In this document: positions 28,473 through 36,936 of the stretch, in pieces
How the letters are laid out: the number at the start of each line of letters is the position of its first letter
How positions within the stretch are numbered: position 1 is the first letter of the stretch
NCBI GenBank assembly: GCA_963719275.1
Contig: CAVRBT010000015.1
Coordinates: 110,396 to 174,395 of the forward strand
Length of the DNA stretch: 64,000 bases
Direction: 5' to 3'
Source of the DNA: an uncultured Actinomycetes bacterium
GTDB lineage: Bacteria; Actinomycetota; Thermoleophilia; Gaiellales; Gaiellaceae
Notes under the pieces: generated by a model
What the model saw: only the letters and a program-made list of their open reading frames with translations
Told to the model about the DNA's origin: nothing
The model's database searches: none
Program-made: the position numbers and the translations under genes

Positions 28473-28792
28473 CGCTCGAGCGGGCGCAGGAGCTCGTCGC
28501 GGACGAACGGCTTGATCTTCTCCACCTGCCCGTCCTGCTCGGACACGCGCGCGTCGTCCTCCAGCGTCTCGTTGGCCGCGTCGAGCGCGTCGCTCAGCTC
28601 GTAGCCCTGGAAGACGTAGTCGTGCTTGCGCGCCTCGTCGGTCGGCCGGTACTGCGGGTTGACCGCGCGGCCGACGGCCCACAGCGCTCCCGGAAGCCGC
28701 TCGATCCAGATCACGATCCGCTCCGACTCGCCGGCGTCGTCGACGCCGTGCACCTCGCGCTCGGCGAAGCGGACGGAGGTCGGCTTCCTCAC
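28454..28792 (-). CDS. hypothetical protein (112 aa)
   Basis: ORF 28454..28792 has balanced composition (K, E, D, F, Y, W present), unlike shadow ORFs. No family recognised. Confidence 0.5.
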   Translation of the reverse strand: MRKPTSVRFAEREVHGVDDAGESERIVIWIERLPGALWAVGRAVNPQYRPTDEARKHDYVFQGYELSDALDAANETLEDDARVSEQDGQVEKIKPFVRDELLRPLERWFFGR

Positions 28793-28810
28793 GGCTCGAC
28801 TCTAGCGCGC

Positions 28811-29083
28811 ATGGATAGGATCGAGGTCGTGGCCTCGAGGCTAAGCAGCTTCCTGCGCAACCCGTTCTCCTTCCTCTTCGCCCGCTCCTCCAAGGAAGAG
28901 CGGCTTGCCGCCTACGTGATCCGCGAGCACGAGCGCGGCCGGTCGCTGGACGAGGTGCTCCAGGACCCATACGTGCGGAACCGCGCCTCGGAGGAAGAGG
29001 TCGCGCGGCTGCTCGACCGGCCCGAGGTGATTCACGCCCTGGGCGAGGGCACCGTCGCGCCCGCGCGCGACCGCTTGAGCTAG
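28811..29083 (+). CDS. hypothetical protein (90 aa)
   Basis: ATG at 28811 inside ORF 27440..29083 (MDRIEVVASRLSSFLRNPFSFLFARSSKEERLAAYVIREHERGRSLDEVLQDPYVRN...). Normal composition. Divergent from the gene at 28454-28792. Confidence 0.45.
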   Translation: MDRIEVVASRLSSFLRNPFSFLFARSSKEERLAAYVIREHERGRSLDEVLQDPYVRNRASEEEVARLLDRPEVIHALGEGTVAPARDRLS

Positions 29084-30009
29084 ATCTCGGTTCCGGCTCC
29101 CCGCTCGCGGGCGCGTTCGAGCGCCAGTGCGCCCACGGCCACGTCCCAGGCAGCGAGCCCGTTCGACTTGAAGACGACGATGTCGTCGTCCGCCTGGCGC
29201 CCAGGCAGCTCGCCCGCGACGACCTCCTGCAGCTCGTGGACCTCGAGCCAGTCGAGCACGCCGGCCTCGACTGGCTCGATCAGGTCGCCGGACTCGCGCT
29301 TCGCGTTTTCGATCGAGTCGCAGCAGACGAAGGCGGCGCGCTCGAGCACCACGTTGTCGAGCTCGCGCCGGCGTGGGTCGTTCGCACCCACCGCGCAAAC
29401 AAGCGCGCCGGGGTCGAGCCACTCGCCACGCAGCACCGGATCCTTGGACGTCGTCACGGTGACGACGACGTCCTGCGCCGCCGCGTCGCGGTGGCTCTCG
29501 CCGGCATTCGCTCCGACCTCCGCGCAGAACTCGGCCAGCCGCTCCTCGCTGCGGCAGTAGGCGACGACGCTCTCGAGCGACGGCAGCCCCGCGCGGATGG
29601 CGGCGACCTGGCTGCGCGCCTGCCAGCCGCAGCCGATGATGCCGAGCGACGTCGCGCCCTCTCGCGCGAGGTGCTTCGCCGCGACGCCGCTGGCCGCGCC
29701 CGTACGCAGCTGCCCGAGCTTGTCAGCCTCGATCACCGCGACCGGCTCGGTTGTCTCCGTGTCGAAGAGCAGCACGACGAAGTGCACGCCCTCGCGGCTC
29801 GCGGCATACGACTTCAGCCCGGCCAGCCCGAGCTCGCGGTCGACCGCCCACATCACCGCCAGGAAGCCGTCCTCGAAGCGCGTCCGCTGCCGCGGCACGT
29901 TCTCGATCTCGCCCGCGGTCAACCGGCGGAAGCACGCCTCGACCGCCTCCAGCGCATCCTCCGGGGTCAGAAGATCGGCGACGTCGGCCTCGGTCAGGTA
30001 CAGCGGCAC
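29080..30009 (-). CDS. ornithine cyclodeaminase/mu-crystallin family protein
   Basis: GTG at 30009 (VPLYLTEADVADLL...) inside ORF 29080..30036. Motifs: LRTGAASGVAAKHLA and the Rossmann motif IIGCGWQA. The codons upstream of 30009 are translation of a REP-like element. Confidence 0.8.
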   Translation of the reverse strand: MPLYLTEADVADLLTPEDALEAVEACFRRLTAGEIENVPRQRTRFEDGFLAVMWAVDRELGLAGLKSYAASREGVHFVVLLFDTETTEPVAVIEADKLGQLRTGAASGVAAKHLAREGATSLGIIGCGWQARSQVAAIRAGLPSLESVVAYCRSEERLAEFCAEVGANAGESHRDAAAQDVVVTVTTSKDPVLRGEWLDPGALVCAVGANDPRRRELDNVVLERAAFVCCDSIENAKRESGDLIEPVEAGVLDWLEVHELQEVVAGELPGRQADDDIVVFKSNGLAAWDVAVGALALERARERGAGTEI

Positions 30010-30010
30010 G

Positions 30011-30074
30011 CTAAGGCGCTCGCTTGCGACGCCCACAAGAGAGGTCGTGCCGGCTCAGCCGGCGCGACCGTCTA
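30011..30074. repeat. single copy of the REP-like element (reverse orientation)
   Basis: The reverse complement, TAGACGGTCGCGCCGGCTGAGCCGGCACGACCTCTCTTGTGGGCGTCGCAAGCGAGCGCCTTAG, nearly equals the copy at 16970-17034. Confidence 0.65.
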
Positions 30075-30137
30075 ACACACCTTCTGGGATGCACGACGAT
30101 CATCCGCTCTTCCCGAGGCGCATCGGACTGAGGCTAC

Positions 30138-30494
30138 TTACCGCTTCGGGATGAAGCTGATCTGGCCGCTCGCCTCCAGCACGGCCCAGCGCACCTTGGC
30201 GAGCGAGTCGATCTGGCTCTGCCGCGCCTGCTCCTCCAGTTCCGCGCGCGTTAGACGCTCGCGGCCGAGGTTGCGCTCGAGCACCCGCCCGTCGTCGACC
30301 AGCACGATCGGCTCGCCCTCCAGCAGCGGGCGCAGCCGCTTGAAGCGGAAGTTGGCGTAGGAAACGCCCACTTGCAGAATCGCGATCGTTCCTGCCGCGA
30401 GCATCAGCCCAGTGACCGAGTAGTCGCTCTGCGTCACGCCCTGCTGCACGAGGTCGCCGAGCACGATCAGCATGATCAGGTCGAACGGCCCCAC
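30138..30494 (-). pseudogene. DUF421 (YetF-like) membrane protein lacking its N-terminal helix
   Basis: ORF 30138..30494 starts at a GTG within the conserved GPFDLIMLIVLGDLV segment. In-frame upstream codons (AAYFLTRIVGRRELSA) still look like the family, but a TGA at 30552-30554 precedes them and there is no start codon. Confidence 0.5.
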
Positions 30495-30544
30495 GGCGGA
30501 GAGCTCCCGGCGGCCGACGATCCGCGTGAGGAAGTACGCGGCTG

Positions 30545-30888
30545 GCCTCGTTCAGCGGGCTCGGCTCGATCGTGTTGACGGTCAGCCCGTTGAGCCAGGC
30601 CTGGTTGAGGACCAGCATGGCGTCCTTCAGCTCCGTGTGCGCCTCGGTGGTGATGCGGGCCTGGAAGAGGAGCCCGCCGCGCACGGCACCGGGCGCCGTG
30701 ATCGACAACGTCGCTGCGCCGGCCTCCGCCCGTGTCGTCGACGCCTCTTGGCCGAAGACGCCGGCGAGCGCGAGCGCGAGCATGAGCCCGACCAGGCCGA
30801 GCAGCGCGCGCCGCAGCCACGGGTGCCACGCGCGACCCTCGAGGTCGCGGTGGCGGCGCAGGACGATGCCGTCGGGCTGGTCGGCCAC
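30545..30888 (-). pseudogene. 5' fragment of a membrane-anchored protein gene, fused out of frame to the DUF421 remnant
   Basis: GTG at 30888 gives MADQPDGIVLRRHRDLEGRAWHPWLRRALLGLVGLMLALALAG...LVLNQAWLNGLTVNTIEPSPLNEAS. After about 30545 the same frame becomes Arg-rich nonsense running through the DUF421 gene. Confidence 0.4.
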
Positions 30889-30922
30889 GACGGCGCGATT
30901 CGTTACACCTCGGCGCGTTCCT

Positions 30923-32083
30923 CTAGCTGTGGGCCCAGGCGACGAGGCCGGCGCCGGCTGCGATGACCGCGCCGCCGATCGCCAGCAGGAGCACGAGCGG
31001 ACCGCCGCCGTCGTCCTCGTCGGAGGAGGGCGCCGGCGCGGCCTGCGATCGCGGCGCCTTCGCGGTCTCGTACGCGTAGACGCTTCGGCTGCGGCCGTCG
31101 GCGTCGGGATTCGAGAGGAAGGCCTGGTACTGGTCGGTGCGGACGAGGCGCATGCGTGACTCCAGCAGCCGCTTCAGCAGAAACGCCGCCGGCAGCCGGC
31201 GCCGCCTCAGCGCGGCCGTCCAGGTCAGCGCGCCACCCGGCGGGCGTAGGAGCCGCTCGACAGGGACCGGCGTCGCGGTCAGCCTCGCGTGCGGCGTGCC
31301 GTCGCCGGGCGCGTGCACCAGGAGCGCCAGCGGCTCACCGTCCCCGAGCGTGCCTGAAAAGCGCACGGGCTTGCCGGAGCCGGCCCGCAGCTCGCCCTCG
31401 ACGCGGAGCGGGGCCTCGATCTGCGCCTTCCGCGCGCGCTGTCGCACGAGCCCGTAGAACGTCGCGTAGGCGGCGGTGAGCCGCTCGCCCGCGCGCGCGG
31501 TGCGCCGCGTGCGGTCGAGCAGCGAGGCGATCTGCCGGGACCGGGTCGTGCCCGCGTACTCGAGCACCGGCGTGACCGTCGCGTTCGTGACGGCCAGCGT
31601 GACGCCGTCGCCCGTGCGCTCGAGCCCCAGGCGGAGCGGGAGGTACTGCGCCGCCTCGCCCGGCCGGAGCGTGACGTCGGCCGCGAGCACCTTGTGCCCC
31701 GGCGAGAACCCGGCCCACAGCACCTGGTCGGCGCGGAGGCCCGGGTCGGAGTCGGAGCCAGGCCCGCGCAGCACGTCCTCGATCGGCCCCGAGATCGCGA
31801 ACTGGTAGTCGCCCCTGCCACCGACGTCGAGCCGCTGCCGCACACGTACCGACGACGGCGAGCCGGTCTCGTCGACCCCGACGAGGACGCGCTGGTTGTT
31901 CGCGATGTGGAAGACGTAGCGGGTGAAACCGCCCGAGATCGCAGTCTTGCCGACGAGCGGAGGGCTCGGCGTGGGGTACGGCACCGGCCCGGGGAGAACG
32001 ACGTCCTGGCTCGGCGGCGCGGCCGCAGCCGATGCCGCCGCGCAGAGCGCCGCAGCGACGGCTACGAGCAGCGCGCGTCTCAA
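30923..32083 (-). CDS. secreted protein with C-terminal membrane anchor, unknown function
   Basis: TTG at 32083 (LRRALLVAVAAALCAAASAAAAPP...) overlaps the TGA of the upstream binding-protein gene (TTGA). The C-terminus is SSDEDDGGGPLVLLLAIGGAVIAAGAGLVAWAHS. Confidence 0.6.
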   Translation of the reverse strand: MRRALLVAVAAALCAAASAAAAPPSQDVVLPGPVPYPTPSPPLVGKTAISGGFTRYVFHIANNQRVLVGVDETGSPSSVRVRQRLDVGGRGDYQFAISGPIEDVLRGPGSDSDPGLRADQVLWAGFSPGHKVLAADVTLRPGEAAQYLPLRLGLERTGDGVTLAVTNATVTPVLEYAGTTRSRQIASLLDRTRRTARAGERLTAAYATFYGLVRQRARKAQIEAPLRVEGELRAGSGKPVRFSGTLGDGEPLALLVHAPGDGTPHARLTATPVPVERLLRPPGGALTWTAALRRRRLPAAFLLKRLLESRMRLVRTDQYQAFLSNPDADGRSRSVYAYETAKAPRSQAAPAPSSDEDDGGGPLVLLLAIGGAVIAAGAGLVAWAHS

Positions 32084-33309
32084 CCGGTCTGCGGGATCAC
32101 GGGAAGGGTCGAGGACAGCGGGTCGTCGGGAACCGGCGCGAACGTCATGTCGCGGAAGCGCGCGAAGTAGACGTCGTCGTCGACCACCCCCTCGTGGTTG
32201 TGCTCGTTGAACCCGCGCTCGTCGCCGTTGGCGCCCTGCGTCGTCACCTGGTTCAGCGCGGCTGTGATCTTCTCCAGGTCGGTCGAGGCCGCGCGGATGA
32301 TCGCGGCCGTCAGCACGTGCGCGAAGTCGTAGGCGTACATCGCGAACTCGGGCGGCTGTACGACGGACTCGCCCTCGGAGGTCTTCACCCCCACTTTGTC
32401 GGCCCCGTAGGTCGACTCGTACTGCGACTGGAAGCTCTCGAACGGCGCGGTGCCGACCTCGGCGGTCATGCGGCCGGAGGCGAAGGTGAGGCCGTCGACC
32501 CACTCCGGGTGGTCGGCGAGCTGCTGGCGGATGAACGGGTCCGCGCCGGTCGGCGGCGCGTAGACCGGGACGTCCCAGCCGCTGCTACGCGCCGCCGAGA
32601 GCACGGCGGCGATCGTCGGCGGCTGGCCCCAGACGAGCAGCGCCGTCGCACCGGAGCGCTTGACGCGCAGGACCTGCGGCGTGAGGTCGGACTGGCCGGC
32701 AGGAAGCGTCAGCTTCGTCGCGACCGCCTCCGGGTTCTCAGCGAAGGCGCGGTCGAGGTCTGCCGCACCCTCGCTGCCGTACGCGCTGTCGTCAGAGAGG
32801 AGCGCGACCTTCGGCTTTTTCGGCACCAGGTACTCGGCGTAGCGGAAGGCGATGCCGTGGTTCGTCGGCGCGATCCGGAACACGTTTGGGCGCGTCTCCG
32901 CGTCCACGAGGCCCGAGCCGCCGTCGTAGGTGATGCAGATCGGCACGCCGTTGCGCTCGGCGATCTGCCAGGTCGCCTCGACGCCGGTGCCGTCCGTGAC
33001 GATCGCGACCGCGTTTGCGTCCAGCGCGCGACGCGTGTCCTCGACCGCCTGCCGCGCGGAGAGGTGGTTGTCGTAGAGCTTGACGTCGAGCCGGTAGCTC
33101 TTCTCGCCCGCCCGGACGCCGCCGCCTGCGTTCAGGTTCGAGGTCGCGAGCTCGAGGCCCTGGCGGATCGTCTGCGCGACGTACGGGCTCCCCGTGACCG
33201 GGACGTCGACGGCGACCGTCAGGTGGCCGAGGTCGCTGCTGCTCGAGCTCTTGCCGCAGCCGGCCGCGAGCAGGGCCAGGCCCGCAAGAAGGAACAGACC
33301 CCGGCGCAC
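32080..33309 (-). CDS. ABC transporter substrate-binding lipoprotein (LIV/branched-chain amino acid type)
   Basis: ORF 32080..33309. A lipobox (LALLAAGCG) and type-I periplasmic binding fold sequence are present. Confidence 0.85.
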   Translation of the reverse strand: MRRGLFLLAGLALLAAGCGKSSSSSDLGHLTVAVDVPVTGSPYVAQTIRQGLELATSNLNAGGGVRAGEKSYRLDVKLYDNHLSARQAVEDTRRALDANAVAIVTDGTGVEATWQIAERNGVPICITYDGGSGLVDAETRPNVFRIAPTNHGIAFRYAEYLVPKKPKVALLSDDSAYGSEGAADLDRAFAENPEAVATKLTLPAGQSDLTPQVLRVKRSGATALLVWGQPPTIAAVLSAARSSGWDVPVYAPPTGADPFIRQQLADHPEWVDGLTFASGRMTAEVGTAPFESFQSQYESTYGADKVGVKTSEGESVVQPPEFAMYAYDFAHVLTAAIIRAASTDLEKITAALNQVTTQGANGDERGFNEHNHEGVVDDDVYFARFRDMTFAPVPDDPLSSTLPVIPQTG

Positions 33310-33319
33310 GAGCCAGAGC

Positions 33320-35146
33320 CTACAGCCGTGCGGTTCCGAGATACGCCTCCTGGACGACGCCGCTCGCCGCGACCTCTGCCACCGACCCCTCGGCCACGAC
33401 GGTGCCGGTTGCGAGGACGAGCACGCGGTCGGCGATGCGTCGGACGAGGCCGAGATTGTGCTCGACGACGAGGAGCGCGACGCCGCGCTCGCGAACGCGG
33501 CCGATCGCGTGCGTGATGGAATCGAGCTCGTCGGCTCCCGCGCCGGCGGCCAGCTCGTCGACGAGCAGCACCTGCGGCGCAGTCGCCAGCGCGGCGGCCA
33601 GCGCGACGAGTCGTCGCTGCGAGGTGGTCAGCTCGAGCGTCTTCCTGTCGGCCCCGTCCTCGAGCCCGACGAGCGCAAGCGCCTCCAGCGCCGCGGCCTC
33701 CGCCTCGCGGTCCTCGCGCCGCGCCTTCGGCGTCGCGAGGGCGGTGCGGGCGAGGCCGGCGTAGCGGCGCCGCGGCGCGCGGCCGACGAGCACGTTCTCG
33801 AGCGCGGTCAGCTCCGGGAAGACGGCCGTCGCCTGCAGCGTCCGCGCGATGCCCAGGCGGACACGCTCCGCGGTGAGCGCGGTCGTGACGTCGGTCGCGC
33901 CCAGCGCGATCGAGCCGGCGTCGGGCGGGGACGCGCCGGAGATCAGCCGGAGCGCGGTCGTCTTGCCCGACCCGTTCGGGCCGATCAGCGCAGCCGCCTC
34001 GCCCCGGCGCAGCTCCAGCGAGAGCCCGTCGACGGCGACGACACCGCCGAAGGCCTTGCGCAGGTCCACAGCTGCGAGCACGGGCTCCTCGGGGCCGGCG
34101 GCAGGCGCAGCGGGTGAGGCCGGCGCCCGCCTCGGCCGCTCTTCGCGTCGAACCAGCTGGAGCAGTCGCGGCAGGACGCCTTCACCCCCGAGCGCCAGCA
34201 CGAAGACGAGCAGCAGCGCCGCGACGGCGGCGTCGAAGCGCTCGAGCGGCAACTGCAGCACGCGGGCCAGCGGACCTGCAAGAAGCCCGATCAGACCGAG
34301 GATGACGACGCCGGTCGCGGGGCCGAGCGTCGCGGCCGCGCCGCCGACGAGCACGGCGACGAGCAGCTTGAACGAGAGGAAGGGGTCGTACCCGGCCGGG
34401 TCGGCGACCGCCTGCAGGTGGACCGAGAGGGCGCCGGCCAGTCCGGCCACCGCCGCGCTCGCGGCGAACGCGCCGAGGCGCCGCCGCTCGAGCCGTACGC
34501 CGAGCGAGGTGGCCAGCCCGGGCTCCTGCCGCAGCGCGGAGAGCTCGAGGCCCGGCGCACCGCGCCTGAGCGCAACTACCGCGAGCGCCGTCAGCGCGGT
34601 CAGCGCGAGCGCCACCTCGAAGTGCACGGTCGGCGTCGCGTCGAGCCCGAGCAGCGTCTTCGGCGGGAGGATCAGCCCCTGCGAGCCGCCGGACACGGAC
34701 GAGAACGCGAGCAGAAAGAGCCAGACGAGCCACGCGAGCAGCCAGGTGCTGACGGCCACGAAGGTCCGGCGCAGGCGGACGACCCCGCCGGAGATCACTC
34801 CGGCGACGAGGGCGGCGGCGGTCCCGGCCAGCGCCGCCGGCTCGAGCGGCCACCCCGAGCGCGCCACGAGCAACGCCGAGGTGAATGCGCCGATCGCCAT
34901 GAACGCGCCCGTGCCGAGGGACGGCAGGCCCGCCGGCCCGACGATCAGCCCCAGGGCGGTTGCCGCGAGCGCAAGGTAGGCCGTGTCGGCAAGGGCATCC
35001 ACCCGCACGCCGGGGAGCGAGAGGAAGGGCACGGCCGCCGCGACGACGAGCACGCCCAACGCGATCCAGGCCGGCGTCTGCCAGCGCATCCGCGCCTCGC
35101 CGGCGGCACGCCGCAGCTCGACCGCGGTCTGTCCGAGGACGCTCAT
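33320..35146 (-). CDS. fused LivM-like permease / LivG-like ATPase
   Basis: ORF 33320..35146 (608 aa). The N-terminal ~340 aa are hydrophobic permease. The C-terminal half has Walker A (GPNGSGKTT) and Walker B (LLVDELAAG). Confidence 0.85.
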   Translation of the reverse strand: MSVLGQTAVELRRAAGEARMRWQTPAWIALGVLVVAAAVPFLSLPGVRVDALADTAYLALAATALGLIVGPAGLPSLGTGAFMAIGAFTSALLVARSGWPLEPAALAGTAAALVAGVISGGVVRLRRTFVAVSTWLLAWLVWLFLLAFSSVSGGSQGLILPPKTLLGLDATPTVHFEVALALTALTALAVVALRRGAPGLELSALRQEPGLATSLGVRLERRRLGAFAASAAVAGLAGALSVHLQAVADPAGYDPFLSFKLLVAVLVGGAAATLGPATGVVILGLIGLLAGPLARVLQLPLERFDAAVAALLLVFVLALGGEGVLPRLLQLVRREERPRRAPASPAAPAAGPEEPVLAAVDLRKAFGGVVAVDGLSLELRRGEAAALIGPNGSGKTTALRLISGASPPDAGSIALGATDVTTALTAERVRLGIARTLQATAVFPELTALENVLVGRAPRRRYAGLARTALATPKARREDREAEAAALEALALVGLEDGADRKTLELTTSQRRLVALAAALATAPQVLLVDELAAGAGADELDSITHAIGRVRERGVALLVVEHNLGLVRRIADRVLVLATGTVVAEGSVAEVAASGVVQEAYLGTARL

Positions 35147-35169
35147 GGGCCGATCCTCGGCCCATGAGC
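35141..35169 (-). promoter_or_regulatory. perfect 13-bp hairpin enclosing the SD and ATG of the livM-livG fusion gene
   Basis: GCTCATGGGCCGA-TCC-TCGGCCCATGAGC was read directly. The start codon (35146-35144) and the GAGGA lie inside the stem/loop. Confidence 0.5.
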
Positions 35170-35309
35170 GTGTGGAGGGGGCATCGGGGGAACCAGGAGG
35201 TTCCCCCTCTGGGATTCCTCGGCGGAGCCGAGGCGCACTTGGAAGAAGAAGGGGGCACGCGGGGGAAACCTGATTTCCGCCGCGGGAGCGAGCCGGAGGC
35301 GAGCGACGC

Positions 35310-36242
35310 TCACTCCCGCTCCTCCAGCGCCTCTCGCGAAGGCCACAGCGAGATCAGCAGCAGCACGAAGAGAAGCGGCAGCACCTCGCGGTACGACGGC
35401 CCGAGCTGCCAGCCGCCGAGGTGGACGTTCGCGATTGCGGACTCGACGACGCCGAGCACGAGCCCGGCCGCGAAGGCCTTGAGCGGCGGCCCGAAGCGGA
35501 CCGCCAGCGCCGCCACGAGGCCCTTCAGCCCGAGCAGCGTCCCGGTGTTCGCGTTCACCGCCTCGCCGGGGGCGGCGGCGATCGCCGCCACCATCGCCAG
35601 CGCGCCGACGAGCGCGAACGCGAGCGTGATCAGCAGCTCCACCGGCACCCCGACGACGCGAGCGCCTTCAGGGTCGTCCGCGACCGCTCGAAGAGCACGG
35701 CCGTAACGTGTCCGCTCCAGGAACCACGCCGAGCCGAGCGCGATCGCGATCGCGAGCCCCGCGACGAAGAAGGCCCGGGCCTGCACCTGCGCGCCGCCGA
35801 TGTGCACGAACCCGGCCGTGCCGACCCGGTGGAACGGCAGCGGGTCGGGAAAGACGTAGCTCGAGCGCTGGAAGACCGCGCCGATCAGCGCGCGGATCGC
35901 AAAGGCGACGGCAGCCGTCCCCGCGACCCAGCCGATCGTCGACCCGCGGCTGAGGTACGGCTGGACGAGGCCGACGTAGGTCGCCGCGCCGGCGAGCACG
36001 CAGACGGCGAGCCCGACGATCAGCGCAAAGATGAACTTCGGCTCGCGCGCGCCGCCCTGGCTCACCGGCGTGGTGCCCGCGAAGACGAGCAGTGTCGTGA
36101 AGATCCCGAGCCCGACGAGGTCGCCGAAGGCGAAGTGCACGATCCCGGTGAGTCGGTAGATCAGGGAGTACCCGGCGGCGAAGAGCCCGTAGACCCCACC
36201 GGCGGCGAGCCCGGAAACGATGACCTGAAGCGCGATCGTCAC
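35310..36242 (-). CDS. LivH-like branched-chain amino acid ABC permease
   Basis: ORF 35310..36242 (310 aa). MTIALQVIVSGLAAGGVYGLFAAGYSLIYRLTGIVHFAFGD is typical of the LivH family. Confidence 0.85.
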   Translation of the reverse strand: MTIALQVIVSGLAAGGVYGLFAAGYSLIYRLTGIVHFAFGDLVGLGIFTTLLVFAGTTPVSQGGAREPKFIFALIVGLAVCVLAGAATYVGLVQPYLSRGSTIGWVAGTAAVAFAIRALIGAVFQRSSYVFPDPLPFHRVGTAGFVHIGGAQVQARAFFVAGLAIAIALGSAWFLERTRYGRALRAVADDPEGARVVGVPVELLITLAFALVGALAMVAAIAAAPGEAVNANTGTLLGLKGLVAALAVRFGPPLKAFAAGLVLGVVESAIANVHLGGWQLGPSYREVLPLLFVLLLISLWPSREALEERE

Positions 36243-36254
36243 GCGCGGAAGCTT

Positions 36255-36793
36255 CTACCAGTGCGGACGGGCGAAACGAACCAAGCGCGGGTAGGCCAAC
36301 CCCGGTAGTGGTCCGCCGAGGCTGAGCACGACGCGCCGAAGCGAGCGGTCACACGCGACACGCCTTTGCCCATGAGCCGGAAACTGAGATCCGCCTCTGT
36401 AGTCCGCGGCCTGTCGTTGCAGCCTGACGGAGAAGTGTCCGTCTCTAGCCGGGCCGGACACACCCTGAAAGCGGAATGCAATCAGCGTCAGCTGATCATC
36501 CTGCGCGTGCCGTCGTTCGAGATACGGGATGAGCGTCGCACGGTTGGCCGCCAAGGAATTCACCCGCCTGCTCCGGGCGTTCCCGACGAGTACCACCGAA
36601 ACTCGGGGGAAGGCGCAAACAACTCGTCGAGCACCGAGAGCTCCCCGCTGCTGAACACCTTCGTGAATGTCGCGATCCTTTCACGGACCGGAGCAGCAGA
36701 GCACGAGGTTGCGGCTTGGGGATTCCCAGAGCCGGTAGCGGGAGCGGGGAGGAACGCCACACAAAACGCAGCCAGACGGCCCGCCCACTTCAC
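36255..36793 (-). pseudogene. small secreted protein gene with one frame change
   Basis: ORF 36560..36793 (signal-like MKWAGRLAAFCVAFLPAPATG...FRWYSSGTPGAGG) continues plausibly in ORF 36255..36596 (RVNSLAANRATLIPYLERRHAQDDQLTLIAFRFQG...). The junction is at the GGG run 36563-36565 on the coding strand. Confidence 0.45.
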
Positions 36794-36936
36794 GGGTCAA
36801 ATTACACCGCGTCACGCCTCTGGTTCCAGCTCGCCGCCGCAGCCGACACGTGCGGCTGCGGCTAACAGACGCGTGGCTCAGGGCGAACCGTCGAAAGTCG
36901 TCATGCCCACGAGAGCGGGCGGACTTTCGACGGGAG

